From positions 1-64,000 of the forward strand of contig JBGSUI010000014.1 of assembly GCA_041736175.1 (NCBI GenBank): a stretch of 64,000 nt of DNA, given 5' to 3'. Below are positions 38,092 through 47,629 of the stretch, one piece after another (positions within the stretch are counted from its first letter, which is position 1; each line of letters begins with the position of its first letter). The stretch comes from Oligoflexales bacterium. Lineage in GTDB: Bacteria > Bdellovibrionota_B > Oligoflexia > Oligoflexales > CAIYRB01. The translations under genes and the position numbers were made by a program. The notes beneath the pieces were generated by a model. It was not told the DNA's origin. It saw only the letters and a list, made by a program, of their open reading frames with translations, and made no database searches.

Positions 38092-41000
38092 ATGGGAAAA
38101 AACATGATCAGAAAGCCACCTAAATCAGTCCAAATCTTCATAGCGACTCTTTCGGCCAGAGTGAGGAGAGAGTTTTGGTTCTTAATGATTGGAAGCATTC
38201 TCTCCTTGGTGCTTTTTTCGAAATCACTCCTTGCTCAAAACACTAATCGATTCGGAGCAAATCGATTTGTAGGTCTTGTGGCACCAAATCAAGATGACCT
38301 TATGTTTTTTTTAGATAGTTTGTCTGAAGATGGTCCGTTGCAAGATTCTCAGATGACCATCCAAAAGACCCAAGCTTCGATCGAAAAAATCCGCGGTTTG
38401 CTTCGAGAAAAACCGACTTCAATAGCTAAAACCCGCCTCCTGCGACGTTTGGCTGCCCAATATATCGATTTGTCGATCTTACAGACAAAAAAGGTCGCGA
38501 CGACTTCAGAGCGATACACAATGTCCCGAAGCTTTGAAATCAATGGATTTCTGTCGCCCGAATTGAACCGATCCTCTATGCAAGACCGACTTAAATCAGC
38601 AGAGTCGATTCGTCAGGCCGTGGAAATTTTACGCGAACTTTCCGGAAAACTGTCGTCGTCGAAAGTAAAACAAGAAGTTGATTTAGAGCTGGGTTTGGCG
38701 CTCCTACGACTTGAGAGTCCAGATGCTTTTCTCTATTTAGATCAATACGCGAATCAGGCTGGCAAAACTCAAAAGTCCTCAATAGCGCAGTTGGCCCTAG
38801 CAGAGCATCTGGTATCCAAAGGAAAGGTTAATGAAGCAGTTAAACGATTAACGTCTATGACTGCTATTAAGAGTAATCTTTCCAACATGAAGAAAATTGT
38901 GGATTATTCCCGATTTCGCCTCGCGTGGCTGAGGTTTACTAACGATAGACAAAAAGGTGTTCTTAAGGGAGATGATGTGGCCTCAATAAGCCAAGAAGTT
39001 GAAGATACCTTAGTTAAAATTGCATCGAATCCCGAATCGACATCCCCAAATTTGACTTCATTTTCACCTGGATCGCAAAGTCATCAAAACAATCGTGATC
39101 GATTTGATCTCGTTAGAGAATCTCGATTTGACCTCGCCCAAATTTGGGCTTTGCAAGGTAAAGATCAAGTCGCCCAGGCATTTTTCGGTAAACTTAAAGA
39201 TAGTCAATCGTTAGATTTGTTTTGGACGACTTACGGAAGTAACCTTCTAAGACAGGGGAATCACGGCGAGGCTTCATTAGCTATTGCGAAAGCAATCGAT
39301 GGGTCGTCGCCAAACAGGTTGACTTTTATGGCCGAAAATTTACTCATTAGGGCTTTTTACAAGTCCCAGCAGCATACTGCCCTTGTTCGTACTGTCGGGA
39401 ATATTTTTGTAAGTTATGGCCCCAAAAGCCCTTGGATTCAGAGGTTTGGATCTGAAACAGCCATCAAAAAGTTAGTTTTAGAGGGGATCAAGAAAAGGTT
39501 TAGAGATCTCGAAGAGGACTATGTCAATCAAGCACAAAAGTCTGATGACTCTGTCTTAGTCGAGGCTGCTTTGAACCTCCAAAATTTGCATATAGCAACT
39601 ATGCCCAATGATCCCAATTTGTGGCGGGTTAAGCTGGTTTCAGCAGATATTTTGGCAAAATCAGGTAGGATCGAAGAATCAATTACGAGGTATTTAGAAT
39701 CTTTTAAATCAAAAGGGATCGATAGCCCATCTAGATTGCGCGCCGGTCGTAAAATGGTCGATTTGAAAGTCAAATTATTAACGCCTGAATTTAACGTCAT
39801 CCAATTAGAATCCATAAAAAGTCTACCGCAATCGCCAAAAACTTTGAATCTATCGGACTCTATGAAAATCCTCGTGGAGATCGTTGATCGATTTTCGGAG
39901 TCTTATCCGAAAGAATCTGATGTGCCAAAATTAAATTTTTTAACCGCAGCCCAACTGCTCAATGGGGGTTACCTAGATCCCGGACTTCAGAGGCTCGATG
40001 AAATTACTAAAAAGTATCCAAATACCCCAGAGGCTAATCAAGCGCTTAAGTCTTTTTTCGAAATCCATAAATTGAGAAAGAATTTTCAGCGTTTAGTGGT
40101 GTGGTGTACCCAATTCCTCAAAAATCCGGCCTACGCTAAGGATCAAGTATTAAGCGCTTGGGTATTGTCGCAACTTCGTGATGTCCAATGGGCTTATTCA
40201 CAGCAGCTGATTTCTAATAAGCAAGATATCTTAGCAATTAAAACCCTGCAACAATTTCAAGAGATGTTTCCTTCTGACCCTCTTGCAGATCTGGCTCTTA
40301 GCCAAATGCTGGACCTCCATATTAATCGAGGATCCGGTTCAGGCGCGGTTTCGGTCGCAGATAAGCTGATCTCAGTTTATCCTTTGTCTCAGTACAAAAA
40401 GACCGCAATACTGAGACTGGCAGATGTCTATATCCAACAGGCTCAGTTCGAAAATGCAGGGCATACGATGGTGACTTTTGCCAAACTATTTCCAACTGAT
40501 CCTAAAAGTCCAGAGATCATGCTTAAGGGGATTAATCAATATGAATTTGCTGAAAATATAGATATGGTCAGACTCACATCCCAAGAATTTTCGGTGCTTT
40601 TTCCCACAAATTCGAATGCCTTGACCGTGGAATTAAAAGCAGCTGATATTTTAGAAAAAAATAAAGATTTTGCAAATGCGATCCGGATGTTTTTGTCTAT
40701 AGCTGATCGCTATGCGCGCACTCGTCCAGAGGAAGCAGCGCAGGCAAGAGCTAAAGCAGCAGTTTTAACGCTCAACCATCTCCATGGACCCACTGGGCGT
40801 CAATCTCTCAATTCTCTCGAGTTAATGTATTTTCCTTTAGGGGGGTACCAAAAAGCGAAGGAAGTTATCGCAGCACAAAAGCTTCGGGATCTTAAGCTTA
40901 AGTCTCGCGAACTCCTCGGGATGGCTTCAATAAATCCACAAAATTACGCAAGTTTTGAGGCTTCTCATGTTGAACTTATGCGCCAAGTTTCGGGCTTCCA

Positions 41001-41367
41001 AAAGTCTATCACGACGTTGATTCCGATCAGCGACACCCAAACAAAGGTGGCAGCCTATTTGGAGTTAGGATCGATCTTCGATCGTATCTATAGAATTTAT
41101 TTAGCGGGAGCTGCGATCTCTGGATTTTCAGCACAAGAAAAGGAAAAGTATTTTAAGCACAGGGAAGACGTTTTAAGCTTATCGAGACAACAATGCTTAG
41201 CGTCTTGGCAGGAGGGGATGAGGTTGGCTAAAGCTGATTCCTCGCTTTTTGAATTGCATCGGCAATTAAGCTCGAAACTCTCCAAAATCGCATCGGGTCC
41301 CTACTCGGATTTCAATGAAGAGATTCTAGACGCGAAATTCGTTTCACATAAGGTGGAGAGAGATTGA
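38092..41367 (+). CDS. Large exported TPR protein (GltD/AgmU-like)
   Basis: 1091 aa, N-terminal hydrophobic signal, repeated TPR helices ending YP/FP. Start uncertain. Confidence 0.75.
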   Translation: MGKNMIRKPPKSVQIFIATLSARVRREFWFLMIGSILSLVLFSKSLLAQNTNRFGANRFVGLVAPNQDDLMFFLDSLSEDGPLQDSQMTIQKTQASIEKIRGLLREKPTSIAKTRLLRRLAAQYIDLSILQTKKVATTSERYTMSRSFEINGFLSPELNRSSMQDRLKSAESIRQAVEILRELSGKLSSSKVKQEVDLELGLALLRLESPDAFLYLDQYANQAGKTQKSSIAQLALAEHLVSKGKVNEAVKRLTSMTAIKSNLSNMKKIVDYSRFRLAWLRFTNDRQKGVLKGDDVASISQEVEDTLVKIASNPESTSPNLTSFSPGSQSHQNNRDRFDLVRESRFDLAQIWALQGKDQVAQAFFGKLKDSQSLDLFWTTYGSNLLRQGNHGEASLAIAKAIDGSSPNRLTFMAENLLIRAFYKSQQHTALVRTVGNIFVSYGPKSPWIQRFGSETAIKKLVLEGIKKRFRDLEEDYVNQAQKSDDSVLVEAALNLQNLHIATMPNDPNLWRVKLVSADILAKSGRIEESITRYLESFKSKGIDSPSRLRAGRKMVDLKVKLLTPEFNVIQLESIKSLPQSPKTLNLSDSMKILVEIVDRFSESYPKESDVPKLNFLTAAQLLNGGYLDPGLQRLDEITKKYPNTPEANQALKSFFEIHKLRKNFQRLVVWCTQFLKNPAYAKDQVLSAWVLSQLRDVQWAYSQQLISNKQDILAIKTLQQFQEMFPSDPLADLALSQMLDLHINRGSGSGAVSVADKLISVYPLSQYKKTAILRLADVYIQQAQFENAGHTMVTFAKLFPTDPKSPEIMLKGINQYEFAENIDMVRLTSQEFSVLFPTNSNALTVELKAADILEKNKDFANAIRMFLSIADRYARTRPEEAAQARAKAAVLTLNHLHGPTGRQSLNSLELMYFPLGGYQKAKEVIAAQKLRDLKLKSRELLGMASINPQNYASFEASHVELMRQVSGFQKSITTLIPISDTQTKVAAYLELGSIFDRIYRIYLAGAAISGFSAQEKEKYFKHREDVLSLSRQQCLASWQEGMRLAKADSSLFELHRQLSSKLSKIASGPYSDFNEEILDAKFVSHKVERD

Positions 41368-41413
41368 GTTTAATTCAAGCCTGAATTCACATGGTCATTC
41401 AAGGGGGGCATTT

Positions 41414-42460
41414 ATGACAGATAGGTACTCATTTTTACTTTTTCAATGCATCTTTTTTGGATTATTAGGGACTTCTTGTCAAACAACACAGTCACCAAAT
41501 GTGGTCGTTACGAGAGACGGTAAGGCCTTTGCCCATGGAATCAATGACAAAAGAGCAATGGTCAAAGTTTCTGAAGTAAAAGGACTCAAAACAACCATTA
41601 TCAATCTAAAAGCAAAGTTAAAAAGGAGTCCAAATAACATCGAGCTTATCACAGCGCTTTCAGCAGCTCTCCTTGCCTCTGGAGATTTAAATGGTGCGGA
41701 GCTAATGGCGCGGAAAGCCTTGGACATTGATTTTCGAAATAAAGAAAATAAAATTGTGTTAGCACAGGCAGCCTATTTAAAAGGTCAGGATAAAGTTGCT
41801 GAAGGGATTATCCAAGGTATCATGAACGACAAAAGCTTTGAAAGCAGTGAGGCACTCAATCTTACAGGTTGCATCCGCTTGAATGATAACGATGTCAACG
41901 GGGCCATGGTTCTTTTTCAAAAGGCGATTGAGAAAAACCCAGATAACATCGCAGCATTGACTAATTTAGGAATCGTCTATTTGCGTCGACAAAATCCAGC
42001 AGAAGCCCAAGAGAAATTTAAAGCTGCTCTTAAGAGATTGCCTGATAATCCAGATATTCTGATGCATTTAGGGATCACCTACGCAGTGCAAGGTCAGTTC
42101 GAAAAGGCTGAAGAGCACTATAATAAAGTCGCCAAAATTTACCAGACTAGTCCCATTCTGATTTTTAACCAGGCAATCCTTAAAAAAAGGCAAGGTCGAT
42201 TCTCAGAAGCACTCGCTGATCTTAAGAGGTACATAAAGGTAACCCAAGGACAACAGGTCCCAGGTGAAGTTGTGATTGGACTTATGGCCGATTTAAAAAG
42301 ACAACTTGCTACCGGGGAGACACGGATTTCGGATGCTGAAATCGACGAGCTTGTGGAGAAATCTCAGGTTAAAAAGCCAGCAAAGAAGGGTGGTGAAAAG
42401 TCTTCTGCTAGCTATTCTATAACAGGTAATGTTGGTGTGGTCTCAGATTCAGAATATTAG
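41414..42460 (+). CDS. TPR lipoprotein (GltE/AglT-like)
   Basis: Lipobox GTSC; canonical TPRs (A..NLG..Y). Confidence 0.8.
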   Translation: MTDRYSFLLFQCIFFGLLGTSCQTTQSPNVVVTRDGKAFAHGINDKRAMVKVSEVKGLKTTIINLKAKLKRSPNNIELITALSAALLASGDLNGAELMARKALDIDFRNKENKIVLAQAAYLKGQDKVAEGIIQGIMNDKSFESSEALNLTGCIRLNDNDVNGAMVLFQKAIEKNPDNIAALTNLGIVYLRRQNPAEAQEKFKAALKRLPDNPDILMHLGITYAVQGQFEKAEEHYNKVAKIYQTSPILIFNQAILKKRQGRFSEALADLKRYIKVTQGQQVPGEVVIGLMADLKRQLATGETRISDAEIDELVEKSQVKKPAKKGGEKSSASYSITGNVGVVSDSEY

Positions 42461-42504
42461 TTTGGCCCTGTATCTAGCATTAACTGAAAGTAAGCGACAG
42501 GTAA

Positions 42505-44139
42505 CTATTCCACTAAACATGGCACTAGACCAGCCATCATAGGAAGGGGCGATCTGGAGAGCTGCTGTAATAGAGTTGCCACCCCGTCTTCTGGCTGCCA
42601 GTGAATCCCACGCACTCCCATGCCATTCCAGATCTGGGGTAAACGCCGCGTCGCCACCTCAACCCAAGGAAGAGTTGGTCGGTCTTTGAGGGTGGTTCGG
42701 ACTTCCCAAAGAGCCCGGCGAAAGTCACCCGTCTGGCACAGGGCATCCAGATAGAACCCCCAAAATCCGGGAGTCTGGTGGGAGAGAGAGCAGGCTTCCA
42801 AGACCTCGCGGGTCTGCTCGTTAGGGCAAGGTCCCCAAAGGCCCTGGAGGAGATCCCAAGCAACCTTTTCCCACCCCTGGCCTGAGTCTAGCCTCGCCAT
42901 AAGCTCTCGGAGGGAGTCGGGATCTATGGTTTCGAGGGATCCATCGCCTTGGGTTTCCTTTGTGGATTCCTTGCCCAGATGGGCCATAAACGAGGTGACC
43001 TCCTCCCTTGCGGCGATGCGGCCGAGTTCTGCAAGGAGGTCCTTAGGAGAAGCCAGGTCCGTGGGAATTGACTCATGAATTGGGCTCGAAGAGGGCCTAG
43101 GAACTGGGCTCGGTGCGGGGAAGCTAGAGCGGTCAGGCTTAGCTAAGCCTAAGTCTGGCAGAGGAGGAGGCTGGGGTGTGAAGTTTATAGCGATTGGGGT
43201 GGCTACAGAGCTCCCTAGGGAGCTAGCTGCGGAGCTTGGAACGCTCATAGAGGTGATTTTTGTCTGGGGCGGCTCTTGCGAAGGGACAGGTTGCCCTATA
43301 GGTGGTTGAATCTTCTGAGGTTGCTCGTCTTGTTGATCCACCTTCCCTTCAAGGTCCAGGATAAAAGGATCGTCTCCAAGACGGGGGGATGCCACGGGGA
43401 TCTCGTTAGGAGTGCCAGGGGGAGAGGAGTGGGCCCTAATCCCAATAATGGTATCACCGGGTTTTTTGCCTTGGAGACCCTTGACGATCCGAGGCGAAAG
43501 TTGGGTCAGGCTGTGAGGTTCCTTAGGGCGACCTGGGGCGACTTTATTCTCCTTTGGGAGAGTTTTAGGGAGAGCTTTTGGGAGAGCTTTTGGGACTGGT
43601 TGAGTGGGGGCCTTGGAAGATGGCTGATTTACTGGAAAAGTCAAAGTTGTTTGGACTGGCTTGGTCAGCCTCGGGCCTTCGTCTTTGTCTTGCTCCATAA
43701 GGTCCCCAAGGATCGCTTCGAGGATCCTCGACTCAGCATCTTGGGGTGCCCCAACGGTATTGGAAAAAACTAGCTTTTGGAATATGGGCTGTCCTGGTTT
43801 TTGGGGGGGCGCTGGCAAACGGGGGGCGCCTTCTGCCGCAAGCCGGCGTTTTTCTTCCTTCAACACCGCCACCCGGTCCGACTTACCCTGGGCCTCCATA
43901 ACGGCAATCATGACCTCAAGGGGGCGAAGACTTCCCCGGTCCGCACGGTGGGCCAGCAGGGCAAGCCTGAGGGCTTCTTTGGGCCGCGTCGACACCAAAA
44001 TCTCGGCGAGGTCAAGGGTCCGGGTCATCTTTTCTAGCTCATCCCTAAGCTCCGCAACGAGCGCGAGATAGCGGCTCGCCAACATCGGCGACGGCTGCTC
44101 CCGTATCTTGCTTAGGATAAGATCAAGGCCCCTTCCCAT
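42505..44139 (-). CDS. Hypothetical protein with helical termini and long Pro-rich linker
   Basis: AGGAG RBS; long ORF; 12-bp PKAL tandem repeats near 43553-43595. Confidence 0.75.
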   Translation of the reverse strand: MGRGLDLILSKIREQPSPMLASRYLALVAELRDELEKMTRTLDLAEILVSTRPKEALRLALLAHRADRGSLRPLEVMIAVMEAQGKSDRVAVLKEEKRRLAAEGAPRLPAPPQKPGQPIFQKLVFSNTVGAPQDAESRILEAILGDLMEQDKDEGPRLTKPVQTTLTFPVNQPSSKAPTQPVPKALPKALPKTLPKENKVAPGRPKEPHSLTQLSPRIVKGLQGKKPGDTIIGIRAHSSPPGTPNEIPVASPRLGDDPFILDLEGKVDQQDEQPQKIQPPIGQPVPSQEPPQTKITSMSVPSSAASSLGSSVATPIAINFTPQPPPLPDLGLAKPDRSSFPAPSPVPRPSSSPIHESIPTDLASPKDLLAELGRIAAREEVTSFMAHLGKESTKETQGDGSLETIDPDSLRELMARLDSGQGWEKVAWDLLQGLWGPCPNEQTREVLEACSLSHQTPGFWGFYLDALCQTGDFRRALWEVRTTLKDRPTLPWVEVATRRLPQIWNGMGVRGIHWQPEDGVATLLQQLSRSPLPMMAGLVPCLVE

Positions 44140-44322
44140 ACTCCTGCTGCCCTTTTTCACGATTTGATCGTGGAGGCACCTTCGAGCCCCCCCCCTAATC
44201 CACCGAATCCAAATCCGAATCGGCGTAAAGAGGGTGCTAGCTTTAGGGATTTATTAATTTTTTTAAAGATAAATCAAAAAAGGCTTAGGCTCAGAGAACT
44301 TACCTTACCAGCGTTTCCAGTG

Positions 44323-45657
44323 TTACCAGGTAAAGGTCTCAAGAAACTTAGTATGAACTGCACCTTTCTGAAAGGCCTCGCTCGCCATCAAGGCCTCTTG
44401 GAAGGGAATATTGGTCCGAATCCCATCCACCTTCATCTCGTGAAGGGCCCGACGCATCCGCACGAGAGCCTCGTCACGGTTGCGGCCCCTTGAAATGACT
44501 TTAGCAATCATGGAGTCATAGAGAGAGGGAATCGTATATCCAGAGTAAACCATCCCATCGACCCGAATCCCAGGACCACCGGGCTCGTAGTATGCCGTGA
44601 CCTTTCCCGGCCATGGAGCAAAAGTCCTTGGGTCTTCGGCGTTAATCCTACATTCGATGGCGTGGCCGCGCAGCTTCACCGACTTGGGGTCAAAGGACAA
44701 TTTTTCTCCCTGGGCGATCAGGATTTGCTCCTTGACGAGATCAAACCCGGTGACCTCTTCGGTGACGCAATGCTCCACTTGGACCCTGGTGTTGACTTCC
44801 ATAAAGTAAAACTGGCCGTCTTCGTCTAACAGAAACTCACAGGTCCCAAGGGATACATAGCCCACGGCTTCCGCCAGGCGAATGGCGGCGGAGCCGATTT
44901 TTTGGCGCAGGGCTTCGTCCACGGCCGGGCTAGGAGCTTCCTCCACCAGTTTTTGATGCCGCCTCTGGATACTACAATCACGCTCTCCGAGGTGGGCGAT
45001 CTGGCCATGGCTGTCGGCCACAAGCTGGATCTCAATATGCCGGGGTCTCGCGCAATACCGCTCGATAAACACATCTGGGTTGCCAAATCCAATCTCCGCC
45101 TCGCTGCGGGCTAGTTGAAACTGAATGGCTAAATCCTCAGGCTTGGTCACTACCTTCATCCCGCGACCGCCACCCCCTGCAGCGGCTTTTATAATCAGCG
45201 GGTAACCGATGGACTTGGCGACCTCAATGGCTTCTCCTTCCGACTGGACCACCCCAGGACTCCCAGGAAGCATGGGCACCTTTGCCTTGGTGGCAAGGGC
45301 CCTGGCGGCAACCTTGTTTCCAAGGCTATAGATATGCTCAGGGTCGGGGCCGATAAACTTGATTTTGTATTCGCGGCAGATCCGAGCAAACTCTGCATTT
45401 TCGGACAAAAATCCATATCCCGGATGCACGGCATCCGCACCTGAGACTTCGATGGCACTCATCACTGAGGGAATCCTCAGGTAGCTTTTAGAGCTGGGTC
45501 CAGGACCGATGCAGATGCTTTCATCGGCGAGTTTGGCATGGAGCGAGTCCCGGTCTGCCGTGGAGTGGATCGCCACGGTCTTAAGGCCCAACTCACGACA
45601 AGCCCGAATCACGCGGATGGCAATCTCCCCGCGGTTGGCGATTAAAACCTTTTTCAC
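44323..45657 (-). CDS. accC: Acetyl-CoA carboxylase biotin carboxylase
   Basis: IANRGEIA, HPGYGFLSEN, GGGGRGM, RDCSIQRRHQK, ECRINAED. Confidence 0.98.
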   Translation of the reverse strand: MKKVLIANRGEIAIRVIRACRELGLKTVAIHSTADRDSLHAKLADESICIGPGPSSKSYLRIPSVMSAIEVSGADAVHPGYGFLSENAEFARICREYKIKFIGPDPEHIYSLGNKVAARALATKAKVPMLPGSPGVVQSEGEAIEVAKSIGYPLIIKAAAGGGGRGMKVVTKPEDLAIQFQLARSEAEIGFGNPDVFIERYCARPRHIEIQLVADSHGQIAHLGERDCSIQRRHQKLVEEAPSPAVDEALRQKIGSAAIRLAEAVGYVSLGTCEFLLDEDGQFYFMEVNTRVQVEHCVTEEVTGFDLVKEQILIAQGEKLSFDPKSVKLRGHAIECRINAEDPRTFAPWPGKVTAYYEPGGPGIRVDGMVYSGYTIPSLYDSMIAKVISRGRNRDEALVRMRRALHEMKVDGIRTNIPFQEALMASEAFQKGAVHTKFLETFTW

Positions 45658-45668
45658 CGGCGACCTCC

Positions 45669-46235
45669 CTATTCAACGACAAAGAGCGGCTGGTCAAATT
45701 CGACAGGTTGTTCGTTTTCGACCAAAATCTCGGAGATAACCCCATCAACCTCAGACTCAATTTCGTTCATAAGCTTCATGGCTTCGACGATACAAAGGGT
45801 ATCACCTTTTTTGACTCTTTTGCCGATCTCTACAAAGTTTTCTGCACCCGGTGCTCCAGCCCTGTAAAAAGTCCCCACAAAGGGAGACTTTAAGACCCGC
45901 CCTTTGGTGGGGGCTGGCGTAGAGGCGGAGGCAGTAGATCCCGGAACAGCATGACTCCCCACCCCCCCTTGGCCCGAGGGGGACGGTGCTTGGTGCGTTT
46001 GGTAGCCATAGAGATTAGGATAGACCCCTGGGACTTGGGACATCATGCCTGGAAGAGCTCCAGGAAGGGGTCCAGAATAAACAGAAGGACCCTGGAAAGA
46101 AGGAGGGGCTTGCGCAACAATGACGACTTTATGGTCCTTCTGCTCCACTTCCAGCTGGTGGATCCCATGCTTTTTCACCACTTCAATTAACTGCTCGACC
46201 CACTCAATTTTAAATCCTGTCATGGTCGTCACCAC
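45669..46235 (-). CDS. accB: Biotin carboxyl carrier protein
   Basis: [16 protein letters not shown]. Start uncertain. Confidence 0.97.
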   Translation of the reverse strand: MVTTMTGFKIEWVEQLIEVVKKHGIHQLEVEQKDHKVVIVAQAPPSFQGPSVYSGPLPGALPGMMSQVPGVYPNLYGYQTHQAPSPSGQGGVGSHAVPGSTASASTPAPTKGRVLKSPFVGTFYRAGAPGAENFVEIGKRVKKGDTLCIVEAMKLMNEIESEVDGVISEILVENEQPVEFDQPLFVVE

Positions 46236-46283
46236 CCACCAAAAAGTTTAAATAGGTTTTTACCACTGGATCGTGACCGCGGA

Positions 46284-46844
46284 TCACTTGACTTTTTCCA
46301 CATAACCGCCGGTTCTGGTATCGATCTTAAGGACATTGCCTTCGCTGATATGGAAAGGGACCGTCACCACCAAGCCAGTCTCCATGGTGGCAGGTTTGCC
46401 ACCGCCACCGGAGGTGTCCCCACGGATGTTTGGCTGGGTTTCAACCACTTTGAGCTCGACAAAGTTAGGCGTCTCGACCGACACTGGTTTGCCTTTATAA
46501 TAGGTCACCTTAACGGTGCTATTCTCGATGATATATTCTTTTGACGCTCCGATTTCGTCGGTCGAAAGAGCCACCTGGTCATAGGACTCTTGGTCCATAA
46601 AGGTATACGCGTTGCCATCAGAAAACAGAAACTGCATGTCTTTGGTCTGCACGTCGGGTACACCGACTTTTTCGCCAGACTTAAAGGTCACCTCGACGAC
46701 ACGACCGGTCTCAAGGTTTTTAAGGCGGGTCCTACTGAAGGCAGCCCCTTTTCCTGGGTTGACGTGTTGGAAGTCAACGATCGTCCATGCCTGGTTGTTA
46801 TACTCAATTTGAAGACCCTTGTGGAAATCCGATGTCGAATACAT
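46284..46844 (-). CDS. efp: Elongation factor P
   Basis: HVNPGKG, GDT.....KPA..ETG, IDTRTG.Y. Confidence 0.97.
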   Translation of the reverse strand: MYSTSDFHKGLQIEYNNQAWTIVDFQHVNPGKGAAFSRTRLKNLETGRVVEVTFKSGEKVGVPDVQTKDMQFLFSDGNAYTFMDQESYDQVALSTDEIGASKEYIIENSTVKVTYYKGKPVSVETPNFVELKVVETQPNIRGDTSGGGGKPATMETGLVVTVPFHISEGNVLKIDTRTGGYVEKVK

Positions 46845-46937
46845 AGCTGCCTCTCTAGATCAATACCTGCTTAAAATGATCGAGTGGCGACATTAACTGG
46901 TTAGTCAGAGTTTTTCAACGGACAATCACTCCTAGAG

Positions 46938-47597
46938 CTAGGGAGAGGGGATCTCCGCCAGCTTAAGATGGCGGAGGATACGCCGTAAGGGGCCACGGAA
47001 TTGGGTGAGTTCCACAAAACGCTCCCTTTGGATCCCCTGCCCAGGAGCCTTGATAGCCCGACCTCCGGTGGCATGGATCAAGTCCCCCCGGTGGAGAGGC
47101 AGCCCCGAGACAGGTCGATGGCGCTTTTCAAGCATCACCACATGGCCCTGGTAGACGAGGAAATCACCCGCCTTTGCTAGCTCGATCTTTTGGCCAAGGT
47201 CGACCAACTGGTATCGCTCCCTAAGGGACCGGGGATCGAGCTGAAGCATAAGAGTGGTGTCCAGGTAGGGATAGGGCATCCCAGCCTGTTCAAAGATAAG
47301 AGCTAAGAAATGGCTACAGTCGATTCCGCATTTTTTGCAAAGGGGGCATTTTTGCAGCCTATCTAAAGGACGGGGTTGATGGGTTTCCAGGCATTGGGCA
47401 CACCGCAGGCACTCGTCTCGCTCGCCGACCCTGGATCCTCCGTAGACATAGGAGGCCTGGGATTCTTCCAGGAGGGCCGAGGCCACCCCCATGATGCGGC
47501 TGACCTCGGGACTCAGAGATCCTGCCGCTAACCCGCTTGGTTGAGTGTAGGGACCAAACCCAAAGAAAAGAAAAAATGATATAATTAAATTAAGCAT
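46938..47597 (-). CDS. Secreted NlpC/P60 family peptidase with Cys-rich insertion
   Basis: Signal peptide, YVYGG, GIDCS, GDFL...GHV, IHAT. Confidence 0.75.
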   Translation of the reverse strand: MLNLIISFFLFFGFGPYTQPSGLAAGSLSPEVSRIMGVASALLEESQASYVYGGSRVGERDECLRCAQCLETHQPRPLDRLQKCPLCKKCGIDCSHFLALIFEQAGMPYPYLDTTLMLQLDPRSLRERYQLVDLGQKIELAKAGDFLVYQGHVVMLEKRHRPVSGLPLHRGDLIHATGGRAIKAPGQGIQRERFVELTQFRGPLRRILRHLKLAEIPSP

Positions 47598-47629
47598 AGA
47601 GTTCTCAGACCTCAACGGAAACCTTACCG

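Noticed and set aside
43553..43595. 12-bp PKAL tandem repeats
   Set aside because: Ordinary in-frame slippage within a Pro-rich linker.
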